From Sedimentisphaerales bacterium (lineage in GTDB: Bacteria; Planctomycetota; Phycisphaerae; Sedimentisphaerales; Anaerobacaceae), in assembly GCA_963708075.1 (NCBI GenBank), contig OY970194.1:5312001-5376000 (forward strand): a stretch of 64,000 nucleotides of DNA. The letters are read 5' to 3'. Each line of letters begins with the position of its first letter. Within the stretch, counting starts at the first letter, position 1. The translations under genes were made by a program, and so were the position numbers. The notes beneath the pieces were generated by a model that was not told where the DNA came from, searched no databases, and saw only the letters and a program-made list of their open reading frames with translations. Of this stretch, positions 36,450-48,121 are shown piece after piece.

Positions 36450-37571
36450 CTACTGGCTGTGGGCCATGGCTTCGAGGAATTCCTTGTTGGTGGGGTACTT
36501 CTTGAGCAGCCTGTGCAGGGCGTCCATGGCGCCTTGCGGCTCGTAGCTGGACAGGACCCGTCGAAGTGTGGTCAGGCCGCGGCTCTCCTGAGGCGAGTAG
36601 AGCTTGGCTTCCTTGCGCGTGCCGCTGGCCGGCAGGTTGATCGCGGGCCAGATTCGTGCCTCGGCGAGCTTCCGGTCGAGGATGAGCTCACTGTTGCCGG
36701 TGCCCTTGAACTCCTCGAAGATCAACTGGTCCATCCGCGAGCCGGTGTCCACCAGGCACGTGGCGACGATCGTGACGGACCCGCCTTCCTCAGCCCGGCG
36801 TGCCAGTCCGAACACGCGGCGGGGCACTTCGAGGATGCCCGCCTCCAGGCCGCCGCTCATCGTTGGCCGCGAGCCGCCGCTGCGCCGCGTTCGGTTGTTG
36901 AAAGCCCGGCCCATCCGCGTGAGACTGTCGATCATGAGGACGACCTCATGGCCGCATTCGAGCTCGATCTGGACGTGGGCGAGGATCAGCTCGGCCAGCT
37001 CGACATGCTCGTCGGCCGTGCGGTCGCTCGTGCTGGCGGCGATTTCCGCGCCCTCGGTGGCCCTGCGAAACTGGGTGACTTCCTCCGGCCGCTCATCCAA
37101 CAGCAACACGATGATCCGGCTCTGCGGGGAGCATTTGCGAATCGCCTGAACCATCTGTTCCAGCATCACCGTCTTGCCTGCCTTCGGCGGCGAGACGATC
37201 AACTGACGCGAGCCCTTGCCGATCGGCGCGATGAGATCGACGATCCGCATGCTCTCGTGGCCGCTGATGCCGAGGTCAAACCGCTCGAACGGATCGACGG
37301 CCACCAGGTCGGAATAGCGAGGCCGCTTGGCAAATGCCTGCGGGTCCAGTCCGCCGAGCGTCTCGATGGAGACCAGCTTGGGCTTGCCCTTCCTCTGCTC
37401 GACCTTGCCGGTAACGCTTGCGCCTTCCACGAGCGGATAGCGGCGCATCAGCTCCGGCAGCACCAGCACCTCGGGATGCTTGGCCCGATAGGATCGGTCG
37501 GCCATGCGGACCGCGAACTGCTGTTTGTCGATTCGTTTCAGTACTCCGCGAACTACCTCAGTCTCAGCCAT
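36450..37571 (-). CDS. rho: Short transcription termination factor Rho paralog
   Basis: PIGKGSR, SPPKAGKT, DERPEEVT, DSLTRMGRAFN, EEFKGTGNSE, SGTRKE. Confidence 0.9.
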   Translation of the reverse strand: MAETEVVRGVLKRIDKQQFAVRMADRSYRAKHPEVLVLPELMRRYPLVEGASVTGKVEQRKGKPKLVSIETLGGLDPQAFAKRPRYSDLVAVDPFERFDLGISGHESMRIVDLIAPIGKGSRQLIVSPPKAGKTVMLEQMVQAIRKCSPQSRIIVLLLDERPEEVTQFRRATEGAEIAASTSDRTADEHVELAELILAHVQIELECGHEVVLMIDSLTRMGRAFNNRTRRSGGSRPTMSGGLEAGILEVPRRVFGLARRAEEGGSVTIVATCLVDTGSRMDQLIFEEFKGTGNSELILDRKLAEARIWPAINLPASGTRKEAKLYSPQESRGLTTLRRVLSSYEPQGAMDALHRLLKKYPTNKEFLEAMAHSQ

Positions 37572-37777
37572 TCAACCGTTCCATGGGAATTGCATCAGAG
37601 ATCCTTATGATTACAAAACAGTCCCTATCATACCATGTTGTCATGTATTGGCAACCCTGCCATCTGACGCATTCGTCGTTAATTCTTACGGATTGTTGCG
37701 TGGGGCGATCCGGGGTAACATGGTTGCCGCATGAATCTGCTGTCTTTGACAGGATTATCGAGGAGCCGGACCGTTTC

Positions 37778-39046
37778 ATGACCAGATCGTATGATTCCCC
37801 GCTTGCCTGTGTCCTGCTGGTCTGTTGCACGGCGCTGAGCGTCTTGGCCGGGCCAATGCAGGAGTTGAACCCGCCCGTGCAGAGCTGGTTTCCGGCGGCG
37901 CCGCCGCTGCCAAAGCCGGAGGGCAAGATTGTCGAGGCCGCAACCGTTGAGGAGCTGATCAAAGCCATTGAACAGGCCCGGACGGGCCAGACCATCCTTG
38001 TTGCGGATGGCCATTACCTGATGCCTCGCTATGTGGAGATTCGAGCGGACGGCGTCACATTGCGAAGCGCATCGGGGCATCGGCAGCACGTCGTTCTGGA
38101 TGGCGCTCACAGCCGCCATGGCGAGTTGCTGGGCGTGCGGGCCTGTTCCGGCGTGACGGTCGCGGATCTGACGATTCAGAACGTCCGGACGAACGGGTTC
38201 AAGATCAACTCCGAGACGAACGTGCAGAAGCTGACCCTCTACAACTGCATAATCCACAACGTGTGGCAGCGCGGGGTCAAGGGCGTAAAGGTGCCGGCGG
38301 AGAACCGCGAAGCGATCCGGCCGAAGGATTGCCGCATCCGGTACTGCCTGTTCTACAACGACCGGCCAAAGCGACTCAGCGACGATCCCGCCGACATCGC
38401 CAACGGCAATTACGTCGCCGGCATCGACGTGATGTACGCGAAGGATTGGACGATCAGCGACAACGTCTTCGTCGGAATTCAGGGCAGCACGTACGAGGGC
38501 CGCGGCGCTATCTTCCTCTGGTTCGATGCGACGAATTGCAGCGTCGAGCGCAACATCATTATCGATTGCGATGTCGGGCTGCAGCTTGGCAATCCGCACC
38601 GCGCGGACAACATCGAGTATCACTGTGTCGGCTGCGTGGCCCGCAACAACTTCATCACGCGGGCCCCGGAGGCGGGCATCGTGGCCGTGTACACGAAAGA
38701 TTGCAGGGTGCTTCACAATACGATTCACGACCCGCAGACTCGCAAGGGCCGCCTGATCCGCACGGTCTTCACGAACGACGGACTGGTCATCGCCAATAAT
38801 CTGCTCAGTGGCCCGGCCGTAAGCAATGAGTCCGACAGCGAGATCCGATGGCTCGGCAACCTCATGGAAGACATGACCGGGTCGTTTGCCGATCCGGCTC
38901 GCGGCGATTTGCATCTGACGGACTCCGCGACGAAGGCCCTCGATGCCGCCGTGCTCCTGCCGGACGTGGCCAGGGATATCGACAACCAGCGCCGCGACAA
39001 GCCGGACATTGGCGCCGATGAGCTGAGTTCTGAGGACGTGAGATGA
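37778..39046 (+). CDS. Secreted right-handed parallel beta-helix protein
   Basis: Signal peptide, ILVADGHY, repeated I..N.F/I motifs, C-terminal PDIGADE. Confidence 0.82.
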   Translation: MTRSYDSPLACVLLVCCTALSVLAGPMQELNPPVQSWFPAAPPLPKPEGKIVEAATVEELIKAIEQARTGQTILVADGHYLMPRYVEIRADGVTLRSASGHRQHVVLDGAHSRHGELLGVRACSGVTVADLTIQNVRTNGFKINSETNVQKLTLYNCIIHNVWQRGVKGVKVPAENREAIRPKDCRIRYCLFYNDRPKRLSDDPADIANGNYVAGIDVMYAKDWTISDNVFVGIQGSTYEGRGAIFLWFDATNCSVERNIIIDCDVGLQLGNPHRADNIEYHCVGCVARNNFITRAPEAGIVAVYTKDCRVLHNTIHDPQTRKGRLIRTVFTNDGLVIANNLLSGPAVSNESDSEIRWLGNLMEDMTGSFADPARGDLHLTDSATKALDAAVLLPDVARDIDNQRRDKPDIGADELSSEDVR

Positions 39047-40305
39047 TGCAACATACTACTGGGTACAGGGCGGAGGAGCAGCGACTGAAACGGGTGGCAT
39101 CGGCAAGGCCGGAGGCTTTGCCGATGGCGAATGGGCAAACCATCGGCAAGCTGGCGCCTGCCGCTGCCACCCATGAACCACACGCCTACTGTGCCGAAAC
39201 TGTGTCGCGCCCTCGTACAATTCTACTCGCATGTTTCCTGTTGGTATGCGCCTTGTCATTGGTGAGAGCCGCCGAAATCCAGGTCGCGGATTCAGGGCAA
39301 TTGCGTGCGGCGATCGCGCAGCTCGCGCCAGGGACGACGGTCCTGCTGGCGCCGGGGGTCTATGAAGGCGGGCTGTATCTGGAGAAAGTGGTGGGAGCGG
39401 AGAATGCTCCTGTCATCATCGCGGGGCAGGATGCGAATAATCCACCCGTATTCCGGGGCGGCGGCCAGGCTATGCATCTCGCCGATTGCAGTTACGTGAC
39501 GCTCAGGAATCTGCAGGTCGAAGGCTTTCCCGGCAACGGGATCAACATCGATGACGGCGGGTCGTTTGAAACGCCCGCGCACCATATCGTTCTGGAGAAC
39601 GTGACGATCCTGAAGACCGGGCCGACGGGCAATCACGACGCGTTGAAAATGTCCGGCGTGGACCAGTTCACCGTACGCAAGTGCCACTTCGAGGCCTGGG
39701 GCAGCTCGGCGATCGACATGGTTGGCTGTCATCGCGGCGTCGTGGAGGACTGCACGTTCGTCGGCCGAGAGGGATTCGGACAGGACAACGCCGTGCAGCT
39801 CAAGGGCGGCACCAGCGACGTCCTCGTCCAGTGCTGCTCGTTCACCAACGCGGGCCAGCGGGCGATCAACCTCGGCGGCAGCACCGGCCTGCCGTACTTC
39901 CGTCCCAGCGTCGGTGATTACGAGGCGAAGGACATCACCATCGCGGGCAACCGCTTCACGGGCAGTCTCGCCCCGGTCGCCTGGGTCACCGCCGATGGCG
40001 GCCACGTCCATCACAACACGATCATCCTGCCCGACAAGTGGGTATTGCGAGTTCTCCAAGAGACGCGCGACCCTCAGTTCAAGCCCTGTCACAGCGGCCT
40101 GTTCGAGCACAACCTGGTGATCTACGACTCCCGCGTGCAGATCTTCGTGAACGTTGGCACCGGCACGGCCCCGGAGACGTTTCGGTTCCGCCGGAATGCC
40201 TGGTGCGACGTGGAAGCCTGCCGCAAGCCCCAGTTGCCCACGCCTGAGGAGGACGGCACATACCTCTGTGACATCGGAGCCGAAGCCTACACACGAGCGC
40301 GGTAG
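39043..40305 (+). CDS. Secreted right-handed parallel beta-helix protein (start 39043 or GTG near 39203)
   Basis: LLAPGVY, G....PV.I, NGINIDDGG, DALKMSG, QLKGG, DIGAEA. Confidence 0.82.
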   Translation: MMQHTTGYRAEEQRLKRVASARPEALPMANGQTIGKLAPAAATHEPHAYCAETVSRPRTILLACFLLVCALSLVRAAEIQVADSGQLRAAIAQLAPGTTVLLAPGVYEGGLYLEKVVGAENAPVIIAGQDANNPPVFRGGGQAMHLADCSYVTLRNLQVEGFPGNGINIDDGGSFETPAHHIVLENVTILKTGPTGNHDALKMSGVDQFTVRKCHFEAWGSSAIDMVGCHRGVVEDCTFVGREGFGQDNAVQLKGGTSDVLVQCCSFTNAGQRAINLGGSTGLPYFRPSVGDYEAKDITIAGNRFTGSLAPVAWVTADGGHVHHNTIILPDKWVLRVLQETRDPQFKPCHSGLFEHNLVIYDSRVQIFVNVGTGTAPETFRFRRNAWCDVEACRKPQLPTPEEDGTYLCDIGAEAYTRAR

Positions 40306-40462
40306 ATAAGCGCGTGCTTTGCCCCCAGGGACATGATAGACTTGTGGCATGGCAGTCCGTAGGGTGGGTTCTTAACCCACGCGGTTGTCCCATTGAAGCT
40401 AACGACGCGTGGGTTGAGAACCCACCCTACACCGTTGCGATAGCCTTTTCAAAGGAGCACGT

Positions 40463-41815
40463 ATGGAACGACAGAACGATCAGAATACGTCGCGTCGGGA
40501 ATTTCTGACACAAGGGTCCAGAATTGTGGCGGGCTCCGTGCTGGCCGGGGCCGTGATGTCCCGGGCCTACGCGCGCGAGGACAATACGATCCGTATCGCG
40601 CTGGTCGGCTGCGGCGGGCGGGGCAGCGGAGCCGCCGGCAATGCCCTGTCCTCCAAGACCGGCCCGACGAAGCTGGTCGCCATGGCGGACCTGTATGAGA
40701 ATCGGCTGGCGAAATCGTACAAGGCTCTGAAGGAGCAGTTTGGCGAACAGATCGACGTGCCTCCGGAGCGACAATTCGTCGGTTTCGACGCTTATCGCAA
40801 CGTTGTCGATTCGCTGCGCCCGGGCGACGTGATGATTCAGGCGACGCACGCCGCCTTTCGGCCCACCCATGTCGCGTACGCCGTGGATAAGGGCATCAAC
40901 GTATTCATGGAAAAGTCGTTCGCGCCTGACCCGGGTGGGACAAAGGACATTCTCCGCATCGCTGAGATCGCCAAGAAAAAGAACCTCAAGATCGGCTGCG
41001 GCTTGATGTGCCGGCATTCCGCCTCGCGCCAGGCGCTGGTCAACAAGATCCGCGACGGGGCGATGGGCCAGATCCAACTGATCCGCGCCTACCGCATGGA
41101 TCCGGCGCGCGGATGGGCCCGTTCAAGGGCGGCCAGAGCGAGCTGCTCTGGCAGATTCGCCAGCCGTACTATTTCCTGTGGGTCTCCTCCGCCTGGTTCA
41201 TCGAGATGATGATCCACCAGGTCGATGAATGCTGCTGGATCAAGGACGCCTGGCCGGTCTCGGCGCAAGGCTCTCGGCGGCTGCGAGCCGCGAAGCACCG
41301 ATTGCAGCCAGAACCTGCATACCTACGCCATCGAGTACACGTTCCCCGACGGGACCAAGGCGATGGTCAACAGCCGCAACGAGTCGAATTGCCACAACGA
41401 GTTCGCCACGTGGGTCCACGGCACCAAGTGCGCCGCCCAGTTCTCGGGCAACGTCCACGCCCCGACCGTGCACACGTACAAGGACCAGCGATGCGATAAG
41501 GGCAACATCACCTGGCAGCCGGAGAACGAAAAGGTGAGCCCGTACCAGGCGGAGTGGGACGAGCTGCTGACCGCGATCCGCAAGGACCAGTCGTACAACG
41601 AGGCCGAGCGGGCCGCCTACGCGAACATGACCTCGATCATGGGCCGTGCCGCCATCCACATGGGCCGCATCATCACCTGGGACGAAATGATGGCCTCGAA
41701 TTTCCGCTTCTGCTCGACCGTGGCCGACTTCATTAAAGACAGCCCCGCCCCTGTCCAGGCCGACGCCGAAGGCCGCTACCCCGTCCCCCTCCCCGGCCCC
41801 TGGACGGAAGTCTAA
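40463..41815 (+). CDS. Tat-exported Gfo/Idh/MocA oxidoreductase (frameshifted)
   Basis: SRREFL, LVGCGGRGSGA, FMEKSFA, AAGGAG RBS. Confidence 0.88.
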
Positions 41816-42071
41816 GAGTACGCGGCAGCGGGCGAGCGCAACTAAGATCATCTCGCGCAGAGACGCCGAGGTGCAGAGAACAGCAAGATGCCATCGCCCT
41901 CTCAGCTCTGCATCCCCGCGTCCCTGCGCAACACAGTCCGTGGAACGGGCTTCAGCCCATGTTGGACTCTGGCTCGGCTGCGGTGGGAGGGGGTGCAGTG
42001 CGGAGAATAGGGGGATTTCAGATCAGAGATTTCGGATTCCAGATTTCAGACCGCTCCCTGGCATTTTCCTG

Positions 42072-42191
42072 TTGCAATCGGTCTGGGCGGTGGTACAATA
42101 TGGCTGGCGTGGGCGGACCATGAGAACGCTATCATAATTGTATATCCGCCATCATACTTCAACGCTTCGATCATACCGGTCCCGCCTCCGC
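42072..42191 (+). promoter_or_regulatory. Promoter plus conserved structured leader (copy 1)
   Basis: TTGCAA-16-TACAAT; GC stem 42107-42119/42178-42191 enclosing ATCATA at 42131, 42151, 42170. Confidence 0.65.
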
Positions 42192-42364
42192 TGGGGTTCA
42201 TATACGAGTCAGGAGCAGGCCCTTCAAGGCCCGGTCTTGATTGCGCCGCGGGCGGCCGGGGCGTGCATGAGCCTCCAGACATATCACCGCGTCACGGGAA
42301 TAAAGGCATGCGGTGTGCCTTTGTGTGTTTTCATATTGTTTTCCTATATTTGGAGGGACCGAAC

Positions 42365-45016
42365 ATGGCATCATCAAAGAGTCACCAGCCAGTGCACGCC
42401 GCTCTCGCAATCATTTTAGTCTTGGGTTCCTGCGTGGCAGCATGGGCCGTCGAGTTCGCCGGCGGGACGGGCGAGCCGAACGATCCCTACCAGATCGCCA
42501 CGGCCGAGCAGCTCATCGCCATCAGCTCGGACCGGATGCTGTTCGACAGGCATTTCGTCCTGGTGGCGGACATCGACTTGGACCCCTGCCTGCCCGGCCG
42601 GAAGGTGTTTCAAGGGCCCCTCATGCAATGGACTGCGGGGAGACTCCGAGTAGCCCAGGACAGTGCGTTTCACGGGTCTTTCAACGGCGGCGGACATGTG
42701 ATCCGCAACGGCGTGTTCTACAGCGCGAGCGCCCCGTCATACGCAGGGTTCTTTTACAGTATCGCCCCGGAGGGCATCGTCCGCGACCTGCATTTTGAAG
42801 ACATAGTGATCGAGAGCCTGGCTGGTTTTGCTTCCAAAGCCTCCTGTGTCGGCATTCTTGCGGTGAACAACGAGGGAACCGTAGTCGGCTGTTCGGCCAC
42901 GGGTACGCTCACGGCTTATGCAGGAGGGGGCTTGATCGGCCGCAACGCTGGGCTTGTCTCAGGATGTCACAGCCGCTGTGACATGTTCGGCGAAGATATC
43001 GGCGGGTTGATAGGAATCAACGAAGCAACAGGTCGAGTGGTATTGTGCGAGTCGGATGGGGCTCTGTACGGCGGTGCGCAGGCAGGCGGCCTCGTCGCGA
43101 CGAACAAGGGCACGATCCAATATTGCACAACCGACGGCTACATGTTCGGCACTCGGGCCGGGGGACTGGTGGGCGACAACAGCGGCCAAGTCCGCGAGAG
43201 CTTCGCCATTGCCACGATGGTTATGAGCCCGTACGCCGGCGGCATCGCGTCCACCAATTCCGGCACGATTGTCAATTGCCATGCGGCGGGGCCCGTTTCC
43301 AATGCGTATTCCGACGGCCTAGTCGCCACCAATCGTGGCACCATCCTGTCGAGCTACAGCACGACAGCTTCTCAGTCCAACCCCAAGCTGGACCCCCCGC
43401 ATCTCAGGTCGCTCGGCCTGACCGGTCAGTCAGGCAGCGGTGACGCTGATTCGGCAGAACTGGCGGCTCTGAGCGACGTGACAGTCGCTGCTGTCGCCCA
43501 GGGGACCGTTCGATGCGTGTATTACCTGGACCCCCAGAAACCGCCGGGTCAGATGGCCAGTCCGTACTCCGGCTACGGAGTCGCCCTGTCCCCGGAGGAG
43601 ATGAAGCAGGCGTCCAGTCTCATGGGCTTTGACTTCTACGGCGACGCCAACGATGGCCCGGCGGGCCATTGGTTCATGCCCCCGGATGGCTACCCGGTCC
43701 TCACGTGGCAGACGCAGGTCACGGGCCTGGTCGGCGTGCCTGACTTGTCGGGTCTGAGCCCTGAGCAGGCCAGAATCGTGCTGGAGACAATGGGTCTTGA
43801 GATGAACGGTGTGACTTACGACTACGCCCGGCCCCCGGACGGCGGGACCACTTGGGACGTGGACATCAGGGGTCAGGTCGTCACAGCCGTGCCGGTCGGC
43901 TACCATCCCGCGGGCAGTCGGATTGGGGTCGTCGTCAGCTTGGGCAAATACGATTTCAGCAAGAACGCCGGTGACGGCAGCGAAGCGAATCCCTACCAGA
44001 TCGAGACCCCCGGCCAGCTTGACAGCCTCTACAACCAGACCATTCCCGCCGGCCGGCACTACATTCTGACGGCCGACATCGATATGAGCCGCTACGCTTA
44101 TGCAGGCTCCCTGATCCGTGAGTTCTCAGGCGAATTCAACGGCAATGGCCGCACGATCCGCGCCATACAGACCGGCGCTGCCTCTATTGTCTACGGCAAC
44201 GCCTTTGCGCCCTTTGGGCTATTCGGAAAGATAGCATCATCTGGCTTTGTACACGACCTCACGGTGTATGAGGCGCGCGCCGCTGGAGGGATTCTGGCTG
44301 GTGAGAATCTCGGGCAAGTGCTCCGGTGCAAAGCTGCCGGTCAGATCACCGGCGGCTATTCATCTGTCGGTGGACTGGTGGGCTACAACAACGCCAGCGG
44401 GCAGTTGACGGACTGCAGGTTCAGCGGCCGAATCCGGCCGGGCGGCAATAGCACCGACATCGGCGGACTCGTCGGCAACAACATGGGTGCCATCGTCCGG
44501 TGTTGCGCCTGCGATGTGGATATCTCAGGCGGCAGCTACGTGGGTGGGATGGTTGGTGAAAACGGCTATGCAACTGGTCTTATCGAAGCGTCTTACGCGA
44601 TAGGCACAGTGCAAGGCGTCGATTCCGTTGGAGGCCTTGTCGGACGAAACGGCATTCCTCCCGTGGTGATGAAGCGTCGCGCGATCCTGGCACAGGCGGA
44701 GACGACCATTCCAGTCGGCCCTTCGCCTAATGGCGTGGTCCGTGGTTGTTACGCCGCCTGCTCCGTGACAGGCCAGCAGAACATGGGCGGCCTCGTCGGG
44801 TCGGCTCCTGTCCCGGAGGCGATCCAAGAGTCGTCCTTCTTCCTCGATCCCAAAGATGGTGGCGGCCCGGACAATGGCCTCGGCACCGCGTTGACAGCTT
44901 CGCAGATGAAACAGCAGGCCAGCTTCACCGCCTGGGATTTCGTCGACACTTGGACGATCTGCGAAGGGATAGACTACCCTCGACTCAAATGGGAGAAGGC
45001 CGAATGCACCCAATAG
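42365..45016 (+). CDS. Secreted GLUG-repeat protein with PASTA-like domain
   Basis: Signal peptide, FAGGTGEPNDPYQIATAEQL, many GGLVG.N repeats, VPDLSGLS.EQA, C-terminal WDF..TWTICEG.DYPRL.WE. Confidence 0.88.
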   Translation: MASSKSHQPVHAALAIILVLGSCVAAWAVEFAGGTGEPNDPYQIATAEQLIAISSDRMLFDRHFVLVADIDLDPCLPGRKVFQGPLMQWTAGRLRVAQDSAFHGSFNGGGHVIRNGVFYSASAPSYAGFFYSIAPEGIVRDLHFEDIVIESLAGFASKASCVGILAVNNEGTVVGCSATGTLTAYAGGGLIGRNAGLVSGCHSRCDMFGEDIGGLIGINEATGRVVLCESDGALYGGAQAGGLVATNKGTIQYCTTDGYMFGTRAGGLVGDNSGQVRESFAIATMVMSPYAGGIASTNSGTIVNCHAAGPVSNAYSDGLVATNRGTILSSYSTTASQSNPKLDPPHLRSLGLTGQSGSGDADSAELAALSDVTVAAVAQGTVRCVYYLDPQKPPGQMASPYSGYGVALSPEEMKQASSLMGFDFYGDANDGPAGHWFMPPDGYPVLTWQTQVTGLVGVPDLSGLSPEQARIVLETMGLEMNGVTYDYARPPDGGTTWDVDIRGQVVTAVPVGYHPAGSRIGVVVSLGKYDFSKNAGDGSEANPYQIETPGQLDSLYNQTIPAGRHYILTADIDMSRYAYAGSLIREFSGEFNGNGRTIRAIQTGAASIVYGNAFAPFGLFGKIASSGFVHDLTVYEARAAGGILAGENLGQVLRCKAAGQITGGYSSVGGLVGYNNASGQLTDCRFSGRIRPGGNSTDIGGLVGNNMGAIVRCCACDVDISGGSYVGGMVGENGYATGLIEASYAIGTVQGVDSVGGLVGRNGIPPVVMKRRAILAQAETTIPVGPSPNGVVRGCYAACSVTGQQNMGGLVGSAPVPEAIQESSFFLDPKDGGGPDNGLGTALTASQMKQQASFTAWDFVDTWTICEGIDYPRLKWEKAECTQ

Positions 45017-45194
45017 GCTCAAATAGATGAATTTGGCCTGAAACGAACGCGAGAATCATGCGTCACCATGAACAAAGGAGCGGAGCATCGTGGAAGAGTC
45101 ATTGAGTCCTTTAGAGACAACATGCACGTTGATTGCCACAGTCGCATGGGCGCTATCGGCGACGGCGTCGCAGCATACATTTGCGGGGGGACCG

Positions 45195-45311
45195 ATGCAG
45201 ACCGCCGCGCCTTTCCTCGCCGCCGGCTGGGACTTTGACACGATCTGGACGATCTGCGAGGGCAAGGACTATCCCCGGCTGCGGTGGGAAGGTGTCGAGT
45301 GTGGCGAGTAA
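45195..45311 (+). pseudogene. Orphan C-terminal module of a GLUG-family gene
   Basis: MQTAAPFLAAGWDFDTIWTICEGKDYPRLRWEGVECGE*, closely matching the end of 52460-54592. Confidence 0.8.
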
Positions 45312-48121
45312 CGGTTTGCTTGAATGCGTTCGAATTCTTGGAGGGCACGGAAATGGCACTGTCGAACAGGCATGCATGCGTGAGCATCGTTTGGATCGTT
45401 GCGATCCTGGGATTCTGCACGGCGGCGTCGGCCGTCGAGTTCGCCGGCGGGGACGGCACGATGGGTAATCCATATCAGATCACGACCGCCAAACAGCTCA
45501 TGGACATCGGAATGAACGCGCAGCTTCTCAAGCAGTGCTTCGTCTTGAACAATGACATTGACTTCAACAGTCATTACGGCCCCGAAGGTTACACCCGCCA
45601 GTCAGTGATCGCCCCACATCTGTTCGCGCCTGCCTTTGAGGGCTGGCTGGACGGCCGCGGGCACGTGATTCGCCATCTGCGCATCACCGCGGAGTACGGC
45701 AAAATCTTCGGCCTCTTTGGACAGGTGGGCGCCAAGGGGACGATTCTATCGCTGGGCGTCGAAGACAGCGCCATCGACGGGGCGGCAGATGGTGTCGGAC
45801 TGCTGGCCGGGTCCAGCTCCGGCACGATCATCGGCTGCTGGGCCAAGGGACAAATCAAGGGCAGGGCTGATGTCGGCCTGCTGGTCGGCCTGCAGCAAGG
45901 CGGCACGATCTCCTATGGGCACTCGGAGGGGAGCATAGACGGGCGGCAGGCCGTCGGCGGGCTCATCGGACGGGTGGCGGCGGGGGAGGTCCTGGAGTGC
46001 TCCTCAGACTGCCGCTATGAAAACGCGAAGGGACAGGTTTATGACTGCGGGGGATTGGTGGGCCGACTCGGGGCGGGCACGATTGAGAACAGCTTTGCCC
46101 GCGTGAGCTTGGCAGGGCCGCAAAGCAGCAAGGTGGGCGGGCTGGTCAGCCTCAACGAGGCGGGAGCGATTCGAGGGTGCCTCACGCTCGGAACGGTCCT
46201 GGGCTCGTCGTCGGCAGGTTTGGTCGAGACAAATAATGGCACGATCCGCTCCTGTTACTCGCTGTGCCGGGTGGAAGCGGACTATTCCGCCGCAGGGCTG
46301 GTCTGCAGCAATGGCGGGACGGTCATGATGTGCTATGCCGTCGGGGTGGTCAAGGCGCCCAGGGCGGGTGGCCTGATCGCGCAGGGCCACGGGGCCTTCC
46401 TGAGTTATTGGGATGCCGAGAAGAGCGGCGTGTCCACCAGCGCCGGGGGTTTCGGACGCACTACCGCGCAGATGCGCCAGGCGGCGACGTTCAGGGGTTG
46501 GGGACATGAGAGCGAATGGTTCCTGCCCGAGGGCGACACGCCTTGCCTGTGGTGGGAGCCATCCTGGGGCGCTGCACTGGTAGATTCGCCCACGCAGTTC
46601 TCCGGGGGCAATGGCACGGAGGACGATCCGTACCAGATTCAAACGGCCGCGGAGTTTGCCTCGCTGGCCTGGGACGCCGACCTGCTGGACAAGCACTTCG
46701 TGCTGACCCAGGACGTCAATCTCACAGGGCTTGGTTCCGACGAGTTGCTGCCGATCGGGGCGCGGGGCCTGTCGTTCTGCGGGGCTTTGGATGGGCGGGG
46801 CCATGTACTTTCCGGTCTTGTCTGCGATCTTTCCGTCAACTACGCAGGCCTGTTCGGTTGTGTGGGTACATCCCTGGAAGACCCAAATCGGGCTGGCCGC
46901 GTGACGCACCTGGTCCTGCGGGACGCTCAGGTCACCGGCGGCGACATAACGGGGGCCTTGGCCGCCTGCCTCGACGGCGGGCGCGTCGAGCGGTGTTCTG
47001 TCACAGGCAAGGTCCAGGGCTTCAGCACGGTTGGCGGGACGATCGGCGAGGTGACCTCCGGGGAGATTGTGGAGAACGCTTTTGAAGGTCGTGTCAGCGG
47101 GAACGACGGAGTGGGGGGATTGGTCGGCTCACATCAGGGAATCCTCAGGTCCTGTTATAGTGCCGGCGAGGTCACAGGCCACTCCGGGGTCGGAGGCCTG
47201 GTGGGCAGCTTGGGGAAGGCATCCGCCGGTCCATCCTGGCCGCTGATTGCCTTCTGCTATTCCGAAGCCCGGGTCCAAGGAGATTACAGCACCGGGGGTC
47301 TGCTGGGTTCTGCGGACCAGGCCGAGGTCTTTGCCTGTTATGCGTCGGGCAATGTTCACGGGCGCATGCCGGCCGGGGGACTGGCCGGCCGGGCCGATTG
47401 CATGGTGACCTGGGGCAACATCTGGGATCGCCAGAACGCCGGGATCAGCGACAGCGCATTCGGCGAATCGCAGACGACCGCGTCCATGAAGGACCCCAAG
47501 ACCTATATGGGATGGGAGTACGGCGGGCAGTGGACGCTCAAGCCGGGCACGGACTACCCGCGCCTGGCTTGGGAGGATCGGGCCGGCGCGCCATTGGTTG
47601 ATCCGGCACGTTCTTATGGCGGCGGTGAGGGCACGCGCTCCAATCCATACCTGATCAGTCAGGGCGAACACCTGGTGACCCTCAGCCGCCACCCGCAGGA
47701 CTTCGACAGGCATTTCCGCCTGACGAAAGATATCAACCTGCAAGAGACCGACGCGATTCTACCGCCCATCGGCACACTGTCGGCGCCCTTCACCGGCTCA
47801 TTCGACGGCAACTATCACACGCTGAAGAATCTCACGTATACGGACAGCACGGTCGCCTACGCCGGGTTGTTCCGATCCATTCAGCGAGCCCCGGACGCCG
47901 GCGCCACGTCCGGCCTGGTCAGCAATCTGCATCTGAAGAGTGCCTCGATCACGGCGGCGCAGTACGTCGGGGCGCTGGCGGCCCGCAATGACGGAGAAGT
48001 CCTTTTCTGCACGGTGTCCGAATCGACTATCACGGCTAACGAATATGCCGGCGGGCTGGTCGGGCACAACGGCGCGGACGGCGTCCTGCTGGCCTGTGAA
48101 TCGGGGGCCACCGTCATGCTA

